Source: Octopus bimaculoides (lineage: Eukaryota). From it: 52,846 nucleotides of DNA. The notes under the pieces were generated by a model, which saw only the letters and a program-made list of their open reading frames with translations, was not told the origin of the DNA and ran no database searches. The DNA lies in the NCBI RefSeq assembly GCF_001194135.2, contig NC_068997.1, positions 43,967,379-44,020,224 of the forward strand. The letters are read 5' to 3'. Shown in pieces: positions 24,418 to 35,589 of the stretch (positions are counted from its first letter, which is position 1; each line of letters opens with the position of its first letter). The position numbers were made by a program, and so were the translations under genes.

Positions 24418-25805
24418 GTTCCGCGATTCCATACCAGCTTTATTTCCTTGAGTCATAATCCATTGATTATTGAGAGGTTGAGTTATGATATTCTGATCAA
24501 GAACACCTGAGTTTTGCTGAAGGTTTGCCATGTTCATGCCATACGATGGCGTTCCTGGGGCAGAGTTTCCTGAGATTGCTGGTAAAGTGGCATTATTGCT
24601 TTGGTTAAAATTCTGGTTTGCAGCATTCCATCGCTGTATTTGAGCCATACTTGCTTGCATTGCAGCAGGTGAATTGTTGGTACTATTGTTACCTGACATT
24701 GCCATAATTTGTTCAGCAGAATAGGTCATTCCCTGATTAAGGTTATTGCCAAGATAGTTCTGGCCCATACCATACACCTGTCCTTGTGCACTGTTATTCT
24801 GTGAGGAGCATGTATTTGATGTTTGGTGGTTTGTATTTTGATTGGTCATATAATGCTGTGATGGAGCATGCATGGGAGAGACGTTCACATCTCTGCCATT
24901 ACCGTTACTATTATTATTATTGTTGCTATTAGCAATGTTAGCCATCTCATTGCCTTCACCTGTACCACCACTTATATAACCGTTGCTAAGAGGAAATATG
25001 GAATAAACACCATAACGTTCATTCAAGAACTTCTGCATGTCATCTGGAATGATGATGTCTTCATTATCTTCGAGCATATTCTCTTCCAATAATGCTTCGT
25101 TATCAACGGTATCCATGGCAACGCCAATACCACTCTCCTGGTCCTCAGCAATACTATAATCTGTTGCAATGCTACTTCGAGAAGAATTAAACGTGTTCAT
25201 GGAGTCTGTCTTACTCAACAGGCTCTTCATGTTATTCGGTATTGGAAGGGGCCGCATCATATTTAAACTGTGGAACCTTTGCAGTGACTTCAGTGCAGCA
25301 AAATTGGGATCTGCAGTACGGACAGGGTCACTTGCTCTTCTGATTTCTCGGTTAGGTATTTCATGAGGCAAAGGTGTTCGAGCAGGTGTGCTTGTTCTAG
25401 CTCCATCATTCTCCCGTCTTGTGGCAAAGAACCTTGCCAACCTCTCATTTTGGTATTTATTCTTCAGGCTGCTGCTGTTCATTAGATTTGTCTGGCTCCC
25501 AAGAGATGCTTTCTGAAGCTGTGCCGTCATGTTACCAATGTTACTGCACTCACCACTCGACCGACGAGAACTCATTGGCAGGTTCCCAGTGATGTCGTAC
25601 TCGTAAGGAGAATTTGTGATGCTGAGGTGAGTAGAAAGCTGTGAAGAGTCACTTGACCTCCGACTAGAAAACTGGCTGCCCACACTTCCATAGGGATATG
25701 GGCTGTTTTCAGAGCGCATGCTGCTCATGTACGAACTTGTACTGCTTGTGTTGCTGTCTCTGCGAACTGCTGGGTTACCCAAAGTGTTATAAAGTTCTTG
25801 ACGAC
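23506..25805 (-). CDS. GLI: Gli/Ci transcription factor, terminal coding exon (PKA/GSK3/CK1 phospho-cluster, Q-rich region, C-terminal activation domain)
   Basis: 758-aa ORF with Gli hallmarks RRDS, SSRRSS x2, RRASDPVR, IIIPDDMQKFL, SPGCNQVTSSTD and the C-terminus NMVVNDMSSVLTQLAEENKFL (vertebrate Gli: [21 protein letters not shown]). Acceptor tcttctttttcag|GT at 25806/25805, phase 1, reading (G)RQELYNTLG. Stop TAA at 23508-23506. Confidence 0.93.
24379..24417 (-). repeat. (CAG/CAA)13 polyglutamine tract in Gli
   Basis: Encodes NQQQQQQQQQQQQQTY in the terminal exon. Confidence 0.9.
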
Positions 25806-25988
25806 CTGAAAAAGAAGAGTAAAATATAAAATAATATTAGATAATCAATATTTTTAAAATAATGACATCTCAACATATACACATGTGCGTGCGTGTGTGT
25901 GTGTGTGTGTGTGTGGAGTCAGTGTCTTAGTCAAAGAACTGGAACCAATAAGAAAATAAAAATTAAAAATATTTTAAATATCAATTAC

Positions 25989-26096
25989 CTGTTAGGTCAG
26001 CTATCCTTTTGTGTTGTGGATTATTCTTAATCTGTGGTATTTTATTTGATAAATCAGATATCGTCAGCTGCGTGTGACCATTACATCGACGGTTAA
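25989..26096 (-). CDS. GLI: Gli/Ci internal exon, 108 nt, phase 1-1: (V)NRRCNGHTQLTISDLSNKIPQIKNNPQHKRIADLT(G)
   Basis: Acceptor gtcgtttttcccag|, donor AG|gtaatt. Only the phase-1 frame is open, and it joins in frame to the terminal exon. Not in the ORF track. Confidence 0.85.
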
Positions 26097-26806
26097 CTGG
26101 GAAAAACGACAACAACAATGATAATTAGGGCAGCAGCAAAAATATCACACAGGCACACAGATATGCATGCATATGTGTGTGCGTGTGTGTTAGTGTATGT
26201 AATGAAATTATTGTATATAATGCTCAGGTGCACCACAACTCATCAGAAAAAGCAGCCAAAAGTGCAAATAAACAACACATAGAATAATGTATGGGAAGTG
26301 AAGAGTGAATGAGTTATTATGAAAGAAGATGGGTGGAGTTACGCATCAGGTGTACTGATGGGGAATTTCAGGAAGCAAGGTTCTTATGAAGGATGCAATA
26401 TCCATATGTGTGCATGACATACACACACACACCTATATANNNNNNNNNNTACGCTCTTCAACAGAAAGAATACAGAGACAAGGAGAAAAACATGGAGAAA
26501 AAAAAAATTGGGAGAAAATATATATACATACACACATATATATACACTTATATATACATATATATATATGTATTGACCTTGCCTTCGAAATGTGGAGTAG
26601 ATGGAACAGGGACAACTGATGAAGGGATATACTCTTTATGTTGCATGTCTCGTTTCTCTGTTTGTTTGTTTTTTTGTTGTTCGAAAAAAGTTTGTTTTCT
26701 GTTTTCGTTTCTCATTGTGTTTAACGTTTTTTTGTGATGTCCTGTACCATATATGCATGTATGTATACATATAGATGTAGGTATGTACATATGCATATAT
26801 CTATAA

Positions 26807-26848
<42 letters not shown>

Positions 26849-26937
26849 GAGAGAGAGAGAGAAATAGAGAGAAGAGGGGAAAAAGAGCCAGGTAAGAAAA
26901 GGAACGTACAGTTAGTAATTAAATGTCTGTATCTTAC

Positions 26938-27079
26938 CATTATTCATTGCATTAGGAAGTTCTGGAAGAATGGACATGGCTGGCGTTTTATTTAAAACTC
27001 TTCCTTTTAGTTTGGAGTTTATATTCCTGGCAGTATTGAGACGGTTGGTTCGAGTCACTAAAGTATTTTGCCAAGGAAT
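26938..27079 (-). CDS. GLI: Gli/Ci internal exon, 142 nt, phase 0-1: IPWQNTLVTRTNRLNTARNINSKLKGRVLNKTPAMSILPELPNAMNN
   Basis: Acceptor tttgtttcttcaaacag|, donor G|gtaaga. 47 stop-free codons plus 1 nt exactly bridge the phase-0 donor at 28795 to the phase-1 acceptor at 26096. Confidence 0.82.
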
Positions 27080-27589
27080 CTGTTTGAAGAAACAAATTAA
27101 ACTAAATGTATTGCTTTATAAGAAAAAAACAGGGTTACAAGATCAATTCTTAAAGTATTTCAAAATGATTATCTGCATATTATGGATTACTGATGACCAA
27201 ATCAATAAAATATCTCACAACTTGCTCAGTTTTATATCCCGTCACAGTTTATATTTTCTCATTTTTATAACTTGCCATGAATATAGCTTATTGTGGCTTA
27301 TATCTTATGGCTTATGCCTTATCATACCTATTATCTTGCATTGCTTTATGGTTAGAAATTTCACTTCCTAACCACATGGTTCTGGGTTCAGTCCCACTGC
27401 AAGCCATCACTAGGTTCCTTCAATTCCACAATTTCTCCTCTTGAAAATTATACATTGCAATGATTATTTATATTCCTTATTGTACTGAGATGGTTGGGTG
27501 GTATCAAAAAAAACATTTGCCAAGCAATCTGTCAAAGATGTACATTAAAAAAATTGCATTGCAGTACTGGCACTACTTAAAAAGTGTAA

Positions 27590-28090
27590 AAAGCCCCTAT
27601 GCTGTCATCACATAAAAGGCACCCATGCCAGTACCATGTAAAAAGCACTCATGATGGCACCATGTAATGGCACCTGTGCTGGTGCCACATAAAAAGCACC
27701 CATGTCAAAGCATCACATAAAAAGCTGACATCATGTAAAAGCACCCAGTACATATTGCAAAGTGGTTGGCATTAGGAAGGGCATCGAGCCATAGAAACCA
27801 TGCCAAAACAGATGACTGGGGTCTGGTGCAACCCTCCAGCTCAGCATCTCTAGTTAAACCATCAAACTCATGCCAGCATGGAGAACGGATGTTAGATGAT
27901 GATGATTACAATAGCTTAGTGGTTAAAGTGTTGGACTCATGATTGTAAGATTGTAATTTTGATTCCAAGACTGAGCAATGCTTTGTGTTCTTGAGCAAAA
28001 CACTTCATTTCACGTTGCTCCAGTCCACTCAGCTGGCAAAAAATGAGCATTCTTGCAACAGATCTGCATCACATCCAAGGAGGAATATAC
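27590..28090 (+). mobile_element. RTE-tail fragment (27590-27905) followed by a tRNA-SINE head (27909-28090), intronic
   Basis: Repeated catgtaaaaagcac units, ggttggcattaggaagggcatc and a gatgatgatgat tail; then tagcttagtggttaaagtg...tgtgttcttgagcaaaacacttc. Confidence 0.65.
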
Positions 28091-28155
28091 TGTGTATATA
28101 CCAGAGAAATGCCGTTAAGCATTTTGTCTGGCATGCTAACGATTCTACCAACTCC

Positions 28156-28191
<36 letters not shown>

Positions 28192-28674
28192 NNNNNNNNN
28201 NNNNNNNNNNNNNNNNNNNNNNNNNNNNNNNNNNNNNNNNNNNNNNNNNNNNNNNNNNNNNNNNNNNNNNNNNNNNNNNNNNNNNNNNNNNNNNNNNNNN
28301 NNNNNNNNNNNNNNNNNNNNNNNNNNNNNNNNNNNNNNNNNNNNNNNNNNNNNNNNNNNNNNNNNNNNNNNNNNNNNNNNNNNNNNNNNNNNNNNNNNNN
28401 NNNNNNNNNNNNNNNNNNNNNNNNNNNNNNNNNNNNNNNNNNNNNNNNNNNNNNNNNNNNNNNNNNNNNNNNNNNNNNNNNNNNNNNNNNNNNNNNNNNN
28501 NNNNNNNNNNNNNNNNNNNNNNNNNNNNNNNNNNNNNNNNNNNNNNNNNNNNNNNNNNNNNNNNNNNNNNNNNNNNNNNNNNNNNNNNNNNNNNNNNNNN
28601 NNNNNNNNNNNNNNNNNNNNNNNNNNNNNNNNNNNNNNNNNNNNNNNNNNNNNNNNNNNNNNNNNNNNNNNCAG

Positions 28675-28713
<39 letters not shown>

Positions 28714-28794
28714 AGAAGCATATATGGTTAGGTCATTAAAGTATCTGATAAGCAGCTAATTTAATGCACAGGAACAAAATTTTTCTTTACTTAC

Positions 28795-28992
28795 ATCTAC
28801 TTCATCAACATCTGGGATATCAGCCTCTTCCTCGAGAGCATCTGTGTTCACTGTACTGGTAATCTGTTGACCTCCAGTAATATGGTCCTCAATCAGATCA
28901 TTATGGTGGTCAGTACTGCATGTAACATTTACTTCAGGACTGCTGTCTGGAGATAACTGATGGCTTGGTCCAGTTGACGAACTCATTGTATC
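28795..28992 (-). CDS. GLI: Gli/Ci internal exon, 198 nt, phase 0-0: DTMSSSTGPSHQLSPDSSPEVNVTC...EEEADIPDVDEVD
   Basis: Acceptor aatttttctgtttctgttgcag|, canonical donor |gtaagt. 66 open codons, Ser/acidic-rich like the post-zinc-finger region of Gli proteins. Phase-compatible with the downstream exons. Confidence 0.85.
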
Positions 28993-29098
28993 CTGCAACA
29001 GAAACAGAAAAATTAACGTCTTATTTTAAAATGTCTTACTTCCAGTTTCTTTATGTTAGTTAGAGGTTAAACGGGTCTTTTGTTTTATGCTTAGATAC

Positions 29099-29182
29099 CT
29101 GTACCTTTAACTGTTTATTATGATAGTTGTGGTGGTGGTGGTGGTGGTTTTCTTTGTCATTATCATAATGGTCTTTCCATAA
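29099..29182 (-). CDS. GLI: Candidate Gli exon, 84 nt, phase 0-0: LWKDHYDNDKENHHHHHHNYHNKQLKVQ
   Basis: Acceptor ctattttcag|, donor CAG|gtatct, 28 open codons, and a 106-nt intron to the next exon in matching phase. No recognisable homology, and it contains a (CAC)6 microsatellite. Confidence 0.5.
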
Positions 29183-29703
29183 CTGAAAATAGCTAACAGG
29201 TAGTGAAGGTTTGAATCTAGAGTCGTCCTCACACCACTTACAAACAATTCTATAAGCCAAGAGTGGCTGTGTGATATGTATATATACACATATATATACA
29301 TATATATATGTATATATATATATGTATANNNNNNNNNNNNNNNNNNNNNNNNNNNNNNNNNNNNNNNNNNNNNNNNNNNNNNNNNNNNNNNNNNNNNNNN
29401 NNNNNNNNNNNNNNNNNNNNNNNNNNNNACATTATAAAGGCAATAATATCCGTGAAACGATCGTAAGATGCATTTTAGGCTTTCATAATATTTTAATCGA
29501 ATTATATTTACACTCACTTACGCATACATTTTTATATACATTTATGTACGCATATATTTTTTATATACATTTATATTTTGTATATCTTTAATTTTAATTT
29601 AATTATAATTCAAAATGATTATTGTGTCATATAAGACATATGTTTCAGAAATTCGAATATTGATTTCCTGTGAATATTGTTAATAATTTTATTAATAATA
29701 TAA

Positions 29704-29739
<36 letters not shown>

Positions 29740-29750
<11 letters not shown>

Positions 29751-29975
29751 TGTATGTATGTATGTGTGTGTATATATGTTTGTGTGTCTGTGTTTGCCCC
29801 CCTCCCAATATGCTGGTGTGTTTGCGTCCCCTTCACCTAGCTGTTTGGTAAGAGAGACCGATAAAATAAGTACTAGGCTTGCAAAAAATAAGTCCTGGGG
29901 TTGATTTGTTCGAGTAAAGGTGGTGCTCCAGCATGGCCACAGTCAAATGACTGGAACAAGTAAAAGAGTAAGAGT
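29740..29975 (+). mobile_element. CORE-type SINE 3' half, partly CpG-decayed
   Basis: gagaccgataaaataagtactaggc...gtcctggggttgatttgttcgagtaaaggtggtgctccagcatggccacagtc. Confidence 0.75.
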
Positions 29976-31152
29976 AAACACGTATATTTAGAAAAAATAA
30001 TGATATTGAGATTAATCGCTGTGGGGATACCCTCCGCTTGAAATGCGGAGCAAAAATCTAACTGAAGATTCTAATTGGTCTCCATTAAAAACTATATTCA
30101 CCTCTATTTAACTGTTAATTTCCATAAGGATAAGGTTTCTGAGAGATCATCCTTAGTTTTGTTTTGTTACCGCCACCACTACCACCAAATATTCTAATTT
30201 TCAAAGTCTGCTCAGGTTTCAGTGCTGTAATCTTGTTTAGTAATTCTCTCATCACTACTTCGGCAAGCACGCTTATGTCATGCTTCGTTGAGGAAGTCTA
30301 TTAATGCCGAAACACGTTTGGAGTTGTCTCCCGTCCTTTCTGAAATGATTAAACTATTTGACTATTTACTGAGCTAGTGCTAACCTATTTTCACTGCTTT
30401 AGAATTTCTAATAAGATTTGAAAAGAAAAAAAAAACGAGACCAGAAAAATACTACTAAATTAAATGTTAGCTATATTATATAAAGTTTGGTAGAGCGTTA
30501 AAAAATTCAGGATGACTGAGGATTTAGTAACTGAAGGTTTCTGGGTAACGAGACAAGAAATTATAAAAGCCCGCATATCTGATCAAAATTAAACATCTAC
30601 GTCAGGCAATATATAACAACACAGGGGGTGGGGAGCGAATAAATTTTGCGATAATTTAATAGCTTAATTCTGCAAGAAGGAATAATGACTAGGCTAAATT
30701 TATTCAAAGTTAGTCACCAGAAGATCTGAAAATCGAGATCGAGCGAGCTTTTGCCCTTTTACTCGACGTGTGGTTTCCGTCCACGCTGAGCTCGCCTTGG
30801 GACAGAAAATGAATGCATGAGAGCGAGAAAAGTTGACCGTGACATTTAAAAACATGTTTTAACGTAAGAGATGGTTGGTAATGAAAAGCATAATATCGAA
30901 AAATATCAATGCTAGAAATAGCAGTGAAAATTTCATTATATCTGTTCTCGGTAAAATGAGTTAAGAGTCATTTTATTAATATAAAAATTATTTTCACTAA
31001 AAAAAAACAAAAAAAAAACATGCAAATAGGAAAACGAAGGAACATGTATTTGGATAACATGTGAGTTACCAATAGTATTTACTTTTCGTAAGACGAATAT
31101 TTAGGCGAGCAGCATCTTTTGGTTTTTTCATCAAAGATTGTTCGTCCTAGAC

Positions 31153-33880
31153 CAGGGGTTCCCAATCTGGTCTATGTAGGCCACTAGGTAGTCCACAGGA
31201 AAATCCAGGTTGTCTATAGGAAGATTCTGATGGTCCGTGAAAAATTTTCTGTGGTCAACCTGAAGAATTTAAATTTTTCCGTACTCGCACATGTCGCGCA
31301 AACGAAATATGCCTCATCGCATATGCGTGAGCACATACGAGTGCACTCATTGCCTGTTGGACGATTAGCTATCGAATCATACACGGACATGTACCAGACA
31401 GGTACAAACGCGTACAATCGGATCCACGTTTGCGCGCATTTAAATCACACAAAAAGTTGTGTGTTCTCGGCTGGTCAACGCGATCGTATTTTCTACCTGT
31501 TTTTTGAATTGAGGATTACTAACGAAACCGCAGTTCTTACAGCTTACCCAACATGTCGTATTATCTCTCCAGGTACGTACGCAAGTGTTAGTCTAATTGT
31601 AATCTGTAGAAATTTTACTGTCAGTGATATGGAAAAACGTTCCCTTAATTCTCCGTCCATCGACTCAGAAAAAAGATTCTGTAGACGATATCACGAAGAT
31701 TATATCAAATATGGTTTAGTATCTAGTGTAGAAGATCCTTTTTTTTTTTACCACAGTGTATTATCTGCTCAAAAGTATTAACTAACGACTCAATGAAACC
31801 CTCGAAATTGTATCATCTACAGAAAATCCATCCTAGTTTATTTGGAAACCCAAAGGAGTACTTCGAAGAATACCATCGCAAAATAAAAATGTCTCATCTT
31901 CATCGCTCAAAAATTTCCTCGTCCATACTAACAACCGTTCTGGTCTGCAGGCATCCTATAACATTTCGCTCATAATAGCAAAACAGGCTCGCCCACATAC
32001 CATTGGCGAAGATCTAATTAGGCCCTCTATACTTGAAGCATATAAAGTTGCTGTTTCGAACGCTGTCACAGTTTTAGCAAGCATTCCACTTTCAAACAAC
32101 ACTGTATCTTCCAGCATTCGTGAAATGGCCGAAGATGTCGAATCCATAGTTGTAGAAGACTTGCGACTCTGCAGATTCTCATTGAAGGTGGATGACAGTA
32201 CTTTTGACAACAAATGTGTTGTCCTTGCCTTTGATCCCTATGTGAAAGGCACCACAATTTGTGAAAACCTACTCTTTATAAAAACCGTACTGAAAAAGCT
32301 CGGGAGAGACAATCTACAATGCAGTTATGGATTATCTTACTAAAAATGGCATTGATCCCCTCAACCTCATATCAATATGCACTGACAGAGCACCATCTTT
32401 GATTGGCAAATCCCAGGGTTTTGTTGCCAGATGGATAGAATTTAATCCCATCTTCACAATTCATTGCGTTTTCCATCGAGAAAACCTGATAGCAAAAAGA
32501 AGCGGAAATAATATATTTTCTGAAACCTTAGACTTAATTGCTTCCGCAGTAAAAAAAATCAAAAGATCTGCTCATCAAGACAGGCATTTTCAAGAAGCTT
32601 GTAAAGATGAAACGTTCAACCGTCTGTTGTATTCGACAGATATATGCTGGCTATTAATAGGAAGTTGTCTTGGACGTTTTGTGGCACTTTTCGATAGAGT
32701 CATAGAGTTTCTTCAACAGACTGATCCACCTATGACAGCATCACTTTCTCAGAAAAGACCTGTAATTTTTTTTATTTACATGAAATCTTTCAAAAACTTG
32801 ATCTCAATATTTCTGTACAAAAGTAAAACATCAACATTGTACGAGCCAGGCACTTGACAAGGGCGTTTGTGAATAAACTCGTTCTTTGGAAACTTCAAAT
32901 TGAAGATCTACTTTCTGCAGTTCGCGAACTTAAAAAAACTGTTGTGCACAAATATATAATCGGGCATCTATCTTTCCTTCGCGAAAACATCATTATTCGT
33001 TTCGAAGATCTTTTGGCTTTAAATATCCCAATTTTTGTGGACTCTCTTCACACAATGTCTATGAACGATATACTTGTTCAACCAGAACGCGTTCTGATGG
33101 AGCTATGTGAGGCGACGGTAGATGATAATCTGCGCAAATCGTCTGGAAACAACTGGGTCGAGGCTTGGTTGAATCATTCTCACGAATATCCAAAGCTGTT
33201 TGAACAAGTCGAGCCTTTTATTATAAATCTCCCGACATCCTACCTGGCTGAAAAGGGATTTTCCCTTGTCCTCCACTCGTTCACGAAGCAGCGGAGGCGT
33301 TTGAACCTTGATAACAAAGCTGATTTGAGAATTCGCTTGAACCAAAAAGAGCCTAGGATTTCTCAGCTTGTGGATAAAAAGCAATCCAAAGGGTCTCACT
33401 GAAGGTTTCTTGACGTTTTCCCCGACGACTTGTCGCTCACATTTTTAGGTTAATTCAACTTGTTATATTCCCTCAAACGTTTACACGACCTTTTGTACTG
33501 ATCCCAACTTCACTCCGCACATTTTTTAATTTACCCTTCACATTGTTATATTGTAACTGTACAGCCTGTTTTCTGAATAAAAAGGGGTGTTTTCTCAAAA
33601 GGGGGTGTTTTTCAGTAATCTTTTCTATTCGATTTTATCAAATAAAGCTTTCTTGAGAAACAGGTGCATTTGCAAATTGGTTTTGTTATTGGTGTTCTCA
33701 GTTATTTGTTCTCTGTGATGTCCCTTACAACAACGAAAAAGGAACTTTCATTGCAAAGTGAAAATGATACTAATATTTATGAGTAGCAGTTCTTTTATAA
33801 TAAATTAAAAATTTGAGGTGGTCCACAGGAAAAAAAGTACTTATTTTGGTGGTCCACAGTAAAAGGGTTGGGAACCCCTG
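31153..33880 (+). mobile_element. Full-length hAT-Buster/Charlie DNA transposon (2728 bp)
   Basis: Terminal inverted repeats (TIRs) CAGGGGTTCCCAA...TTGGGAACCCCTG. Exact 8-bp TSD TCCTAGAC at 31145-31152 and 33881-33888, with the central TA typical of Buster. Subterminal GTCCACAG repeats at 31191, 33821 and 33852. Confidence 0.93.
31629..33402 (+). pseudogene. Frameshifted Buster/Charlie-type hAT transposase
   Basis: Consecutive ORF pieces: RRYHEDYIKYG, MKPSKL, SLKVDDST, ICTDRAPSLIG, IHCVFHRENL, LLYSTDICWL, PTSYLAEKGFS, KQRRRLNLDNKADLRIRL. Several frameshifts. Confidence 0.88.
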
Positions 33881-35041
33881 TCCTAGACATTACCGTTGAC
33901 GTCTTTGCCAGCAACTAAACTTCAAAGTGAGAAAACATTTATTAACCTCAATAAGCTCAGATGAACACAAGCAATTCATTTTGGCGGGTAAATATCTAGG
34001 CCACACGTGACCGTTTTTCAAGCTGACTTTCACAGCAGCTCAGCTGTTTTTTGTCAAGTCTGAATGATATCGAACAAGTTGATTGAAATGCCAGGCCATT
34101 CAAGTTACTAGAAAAGCTGAAATCGATTAATAAAATGTTCGATCTTACTTGAATATAAGATTCGAAAATATACAATATGTCGTTACTATTTATTTATTTT
34201 TGCTGTGTGGTAATAAGTTTGGCCTTACCTACACGTGTTCCCCACCGACTTTGTTTCGAATTGACTTTGTTTCCTTGTGACTTTCAGGAAAATAGGTATT
34301 TTTTACGAAATTTTCAACAAATACCCTTCAGGTTGTATAGATTACGACTGTATCGGAATTTAAGGTGAAAAAGAAAAAAAAACTGGCGGGCGCGCATACA
34401 TACATACACAATTTTTTCAATATTTCAAGTTTCATTTTGTAGACATATGAGATGTGTGTTAGTATGTATGTGTGAGCGAACACTATATATATATAAGTAA
34501 ATGATGGCGTTGTGTATTTTTTTATATATTTTATATATATANNNNNNNNNNNNNNNNNNNNNNNNNNNNNNNNNNNNNNNNNNNNNNNNNNNNNNNNNNN
34601 NNNNNNNNNNNNNNNNNNNNNNNNNNNNNNNNNNNNNNNNNNNNNNNNNNNNNNNNNNNNNNNNNNNNNNNNNNNNNNNNNNNNNNNNNNNNNNNNNNNN
34701 NNNNNNNNNNNNNNNNNNNNNNNNNNNNNNNNNNNNNNNNNNNNNNNNNNNNNNNNNNNNNNNNNNNNNNNNNNNNNNNNNNNNNNNNNNNNNNNNNNNN
34801 NNNNNNNNNNNNNNNNNNNNNNNNNNNNNNNNNNNNNNNNNNNNNNNNATATATATTGTAAAAAACATTATTTTCGTTTTCCCCTCTTCTTGAAAATTTG
34901 GCATGCAATGAAAGCCGGTTAGAAATCTTTTTTAATCGTCCTTATACACATCTATATCAAAATATGCTTTCAGTTTAGCATTCTGCCTTATTATTATTAT
35001 TATTTTTTTATTTTCCTATATATATATATATGTATGTTTTC

Positions 35042-35074
<33 letters not shown>

Positions 35075-35112
35075 TGTATGTATGTATGTATGTATGTGTG
35101 TCATTCCTCACC

Positions 35113-35335
35113 AATAAGGCGGCGAGTTAGTAGAGACGTTAGCACGCCAGGCGAAATACTTAGCAGTATTTCGTCTGTCTTTACGTTCTGAGTTCAAATT
35201 CCGTCGAGGTCGACTTTGCCTTTCATCTTTTCGGAGTCGATAAATTAAGTACCAGTTGCGTACCGGGGTCGATCTAATCGACTGGCTCCCTCCCCCAAAA
35301 TTTCGGGCCTTGTGCTTAGAGTAGAAAAGATTATT
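35113..35335 (+). mobile_element. Full-length Meta-domain tRNA SINE, CpG-intact
   Basis: aaggcggcgagttagtag (A box) ... gagttcaaattcc (B box), gaggtcgactttgcctttcatcttttcggagtcgataaattaagtaccag. Confidence 0.85.
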
Positions 35336-35344
35336 CCTTACCAA

Positions 35345-35520
35345 TGCTTGAGAACCGGTGTTGTTTGTTTACGTCCCCGTAACTTAATGATTACCGACAG
35401 AATAAGTACTAGCCTTTAAAAATATAAGTACGGGTTGGGGTGGGGAATTCACACGACTACAACTCTTCAAGGCGATGCCCCAGCGTGGTCGCAGTCGAAT
35501 GACTGAAACATGTAAAAGAT
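35345..35520 (+). mobile_element. CORE-type SINE 3' part
   Basis: gcttgagaaccggtgttgtttgtttacgtccccgtaactta...gactgaaacatgtaaaaga. Confidence 0.75.
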
Positions 35521-35589
35521 ATAAGTACAACAATCTTTGTTTTAAAAGATATGTCGAGCTTAATATAGAAATATTTATCATGGTTATAT

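Noticed and set aside
23699-25366. Plus-strand ORFs overlapping the Gli exon
   Set aside because: Short antisense shadows of the real coding frame.
26970-27371. 133-aa plus-strand ORF
   Set aside because: Antisense shadow of the 142-nt Gli exon plus AT-rich intron; no recognisable product.
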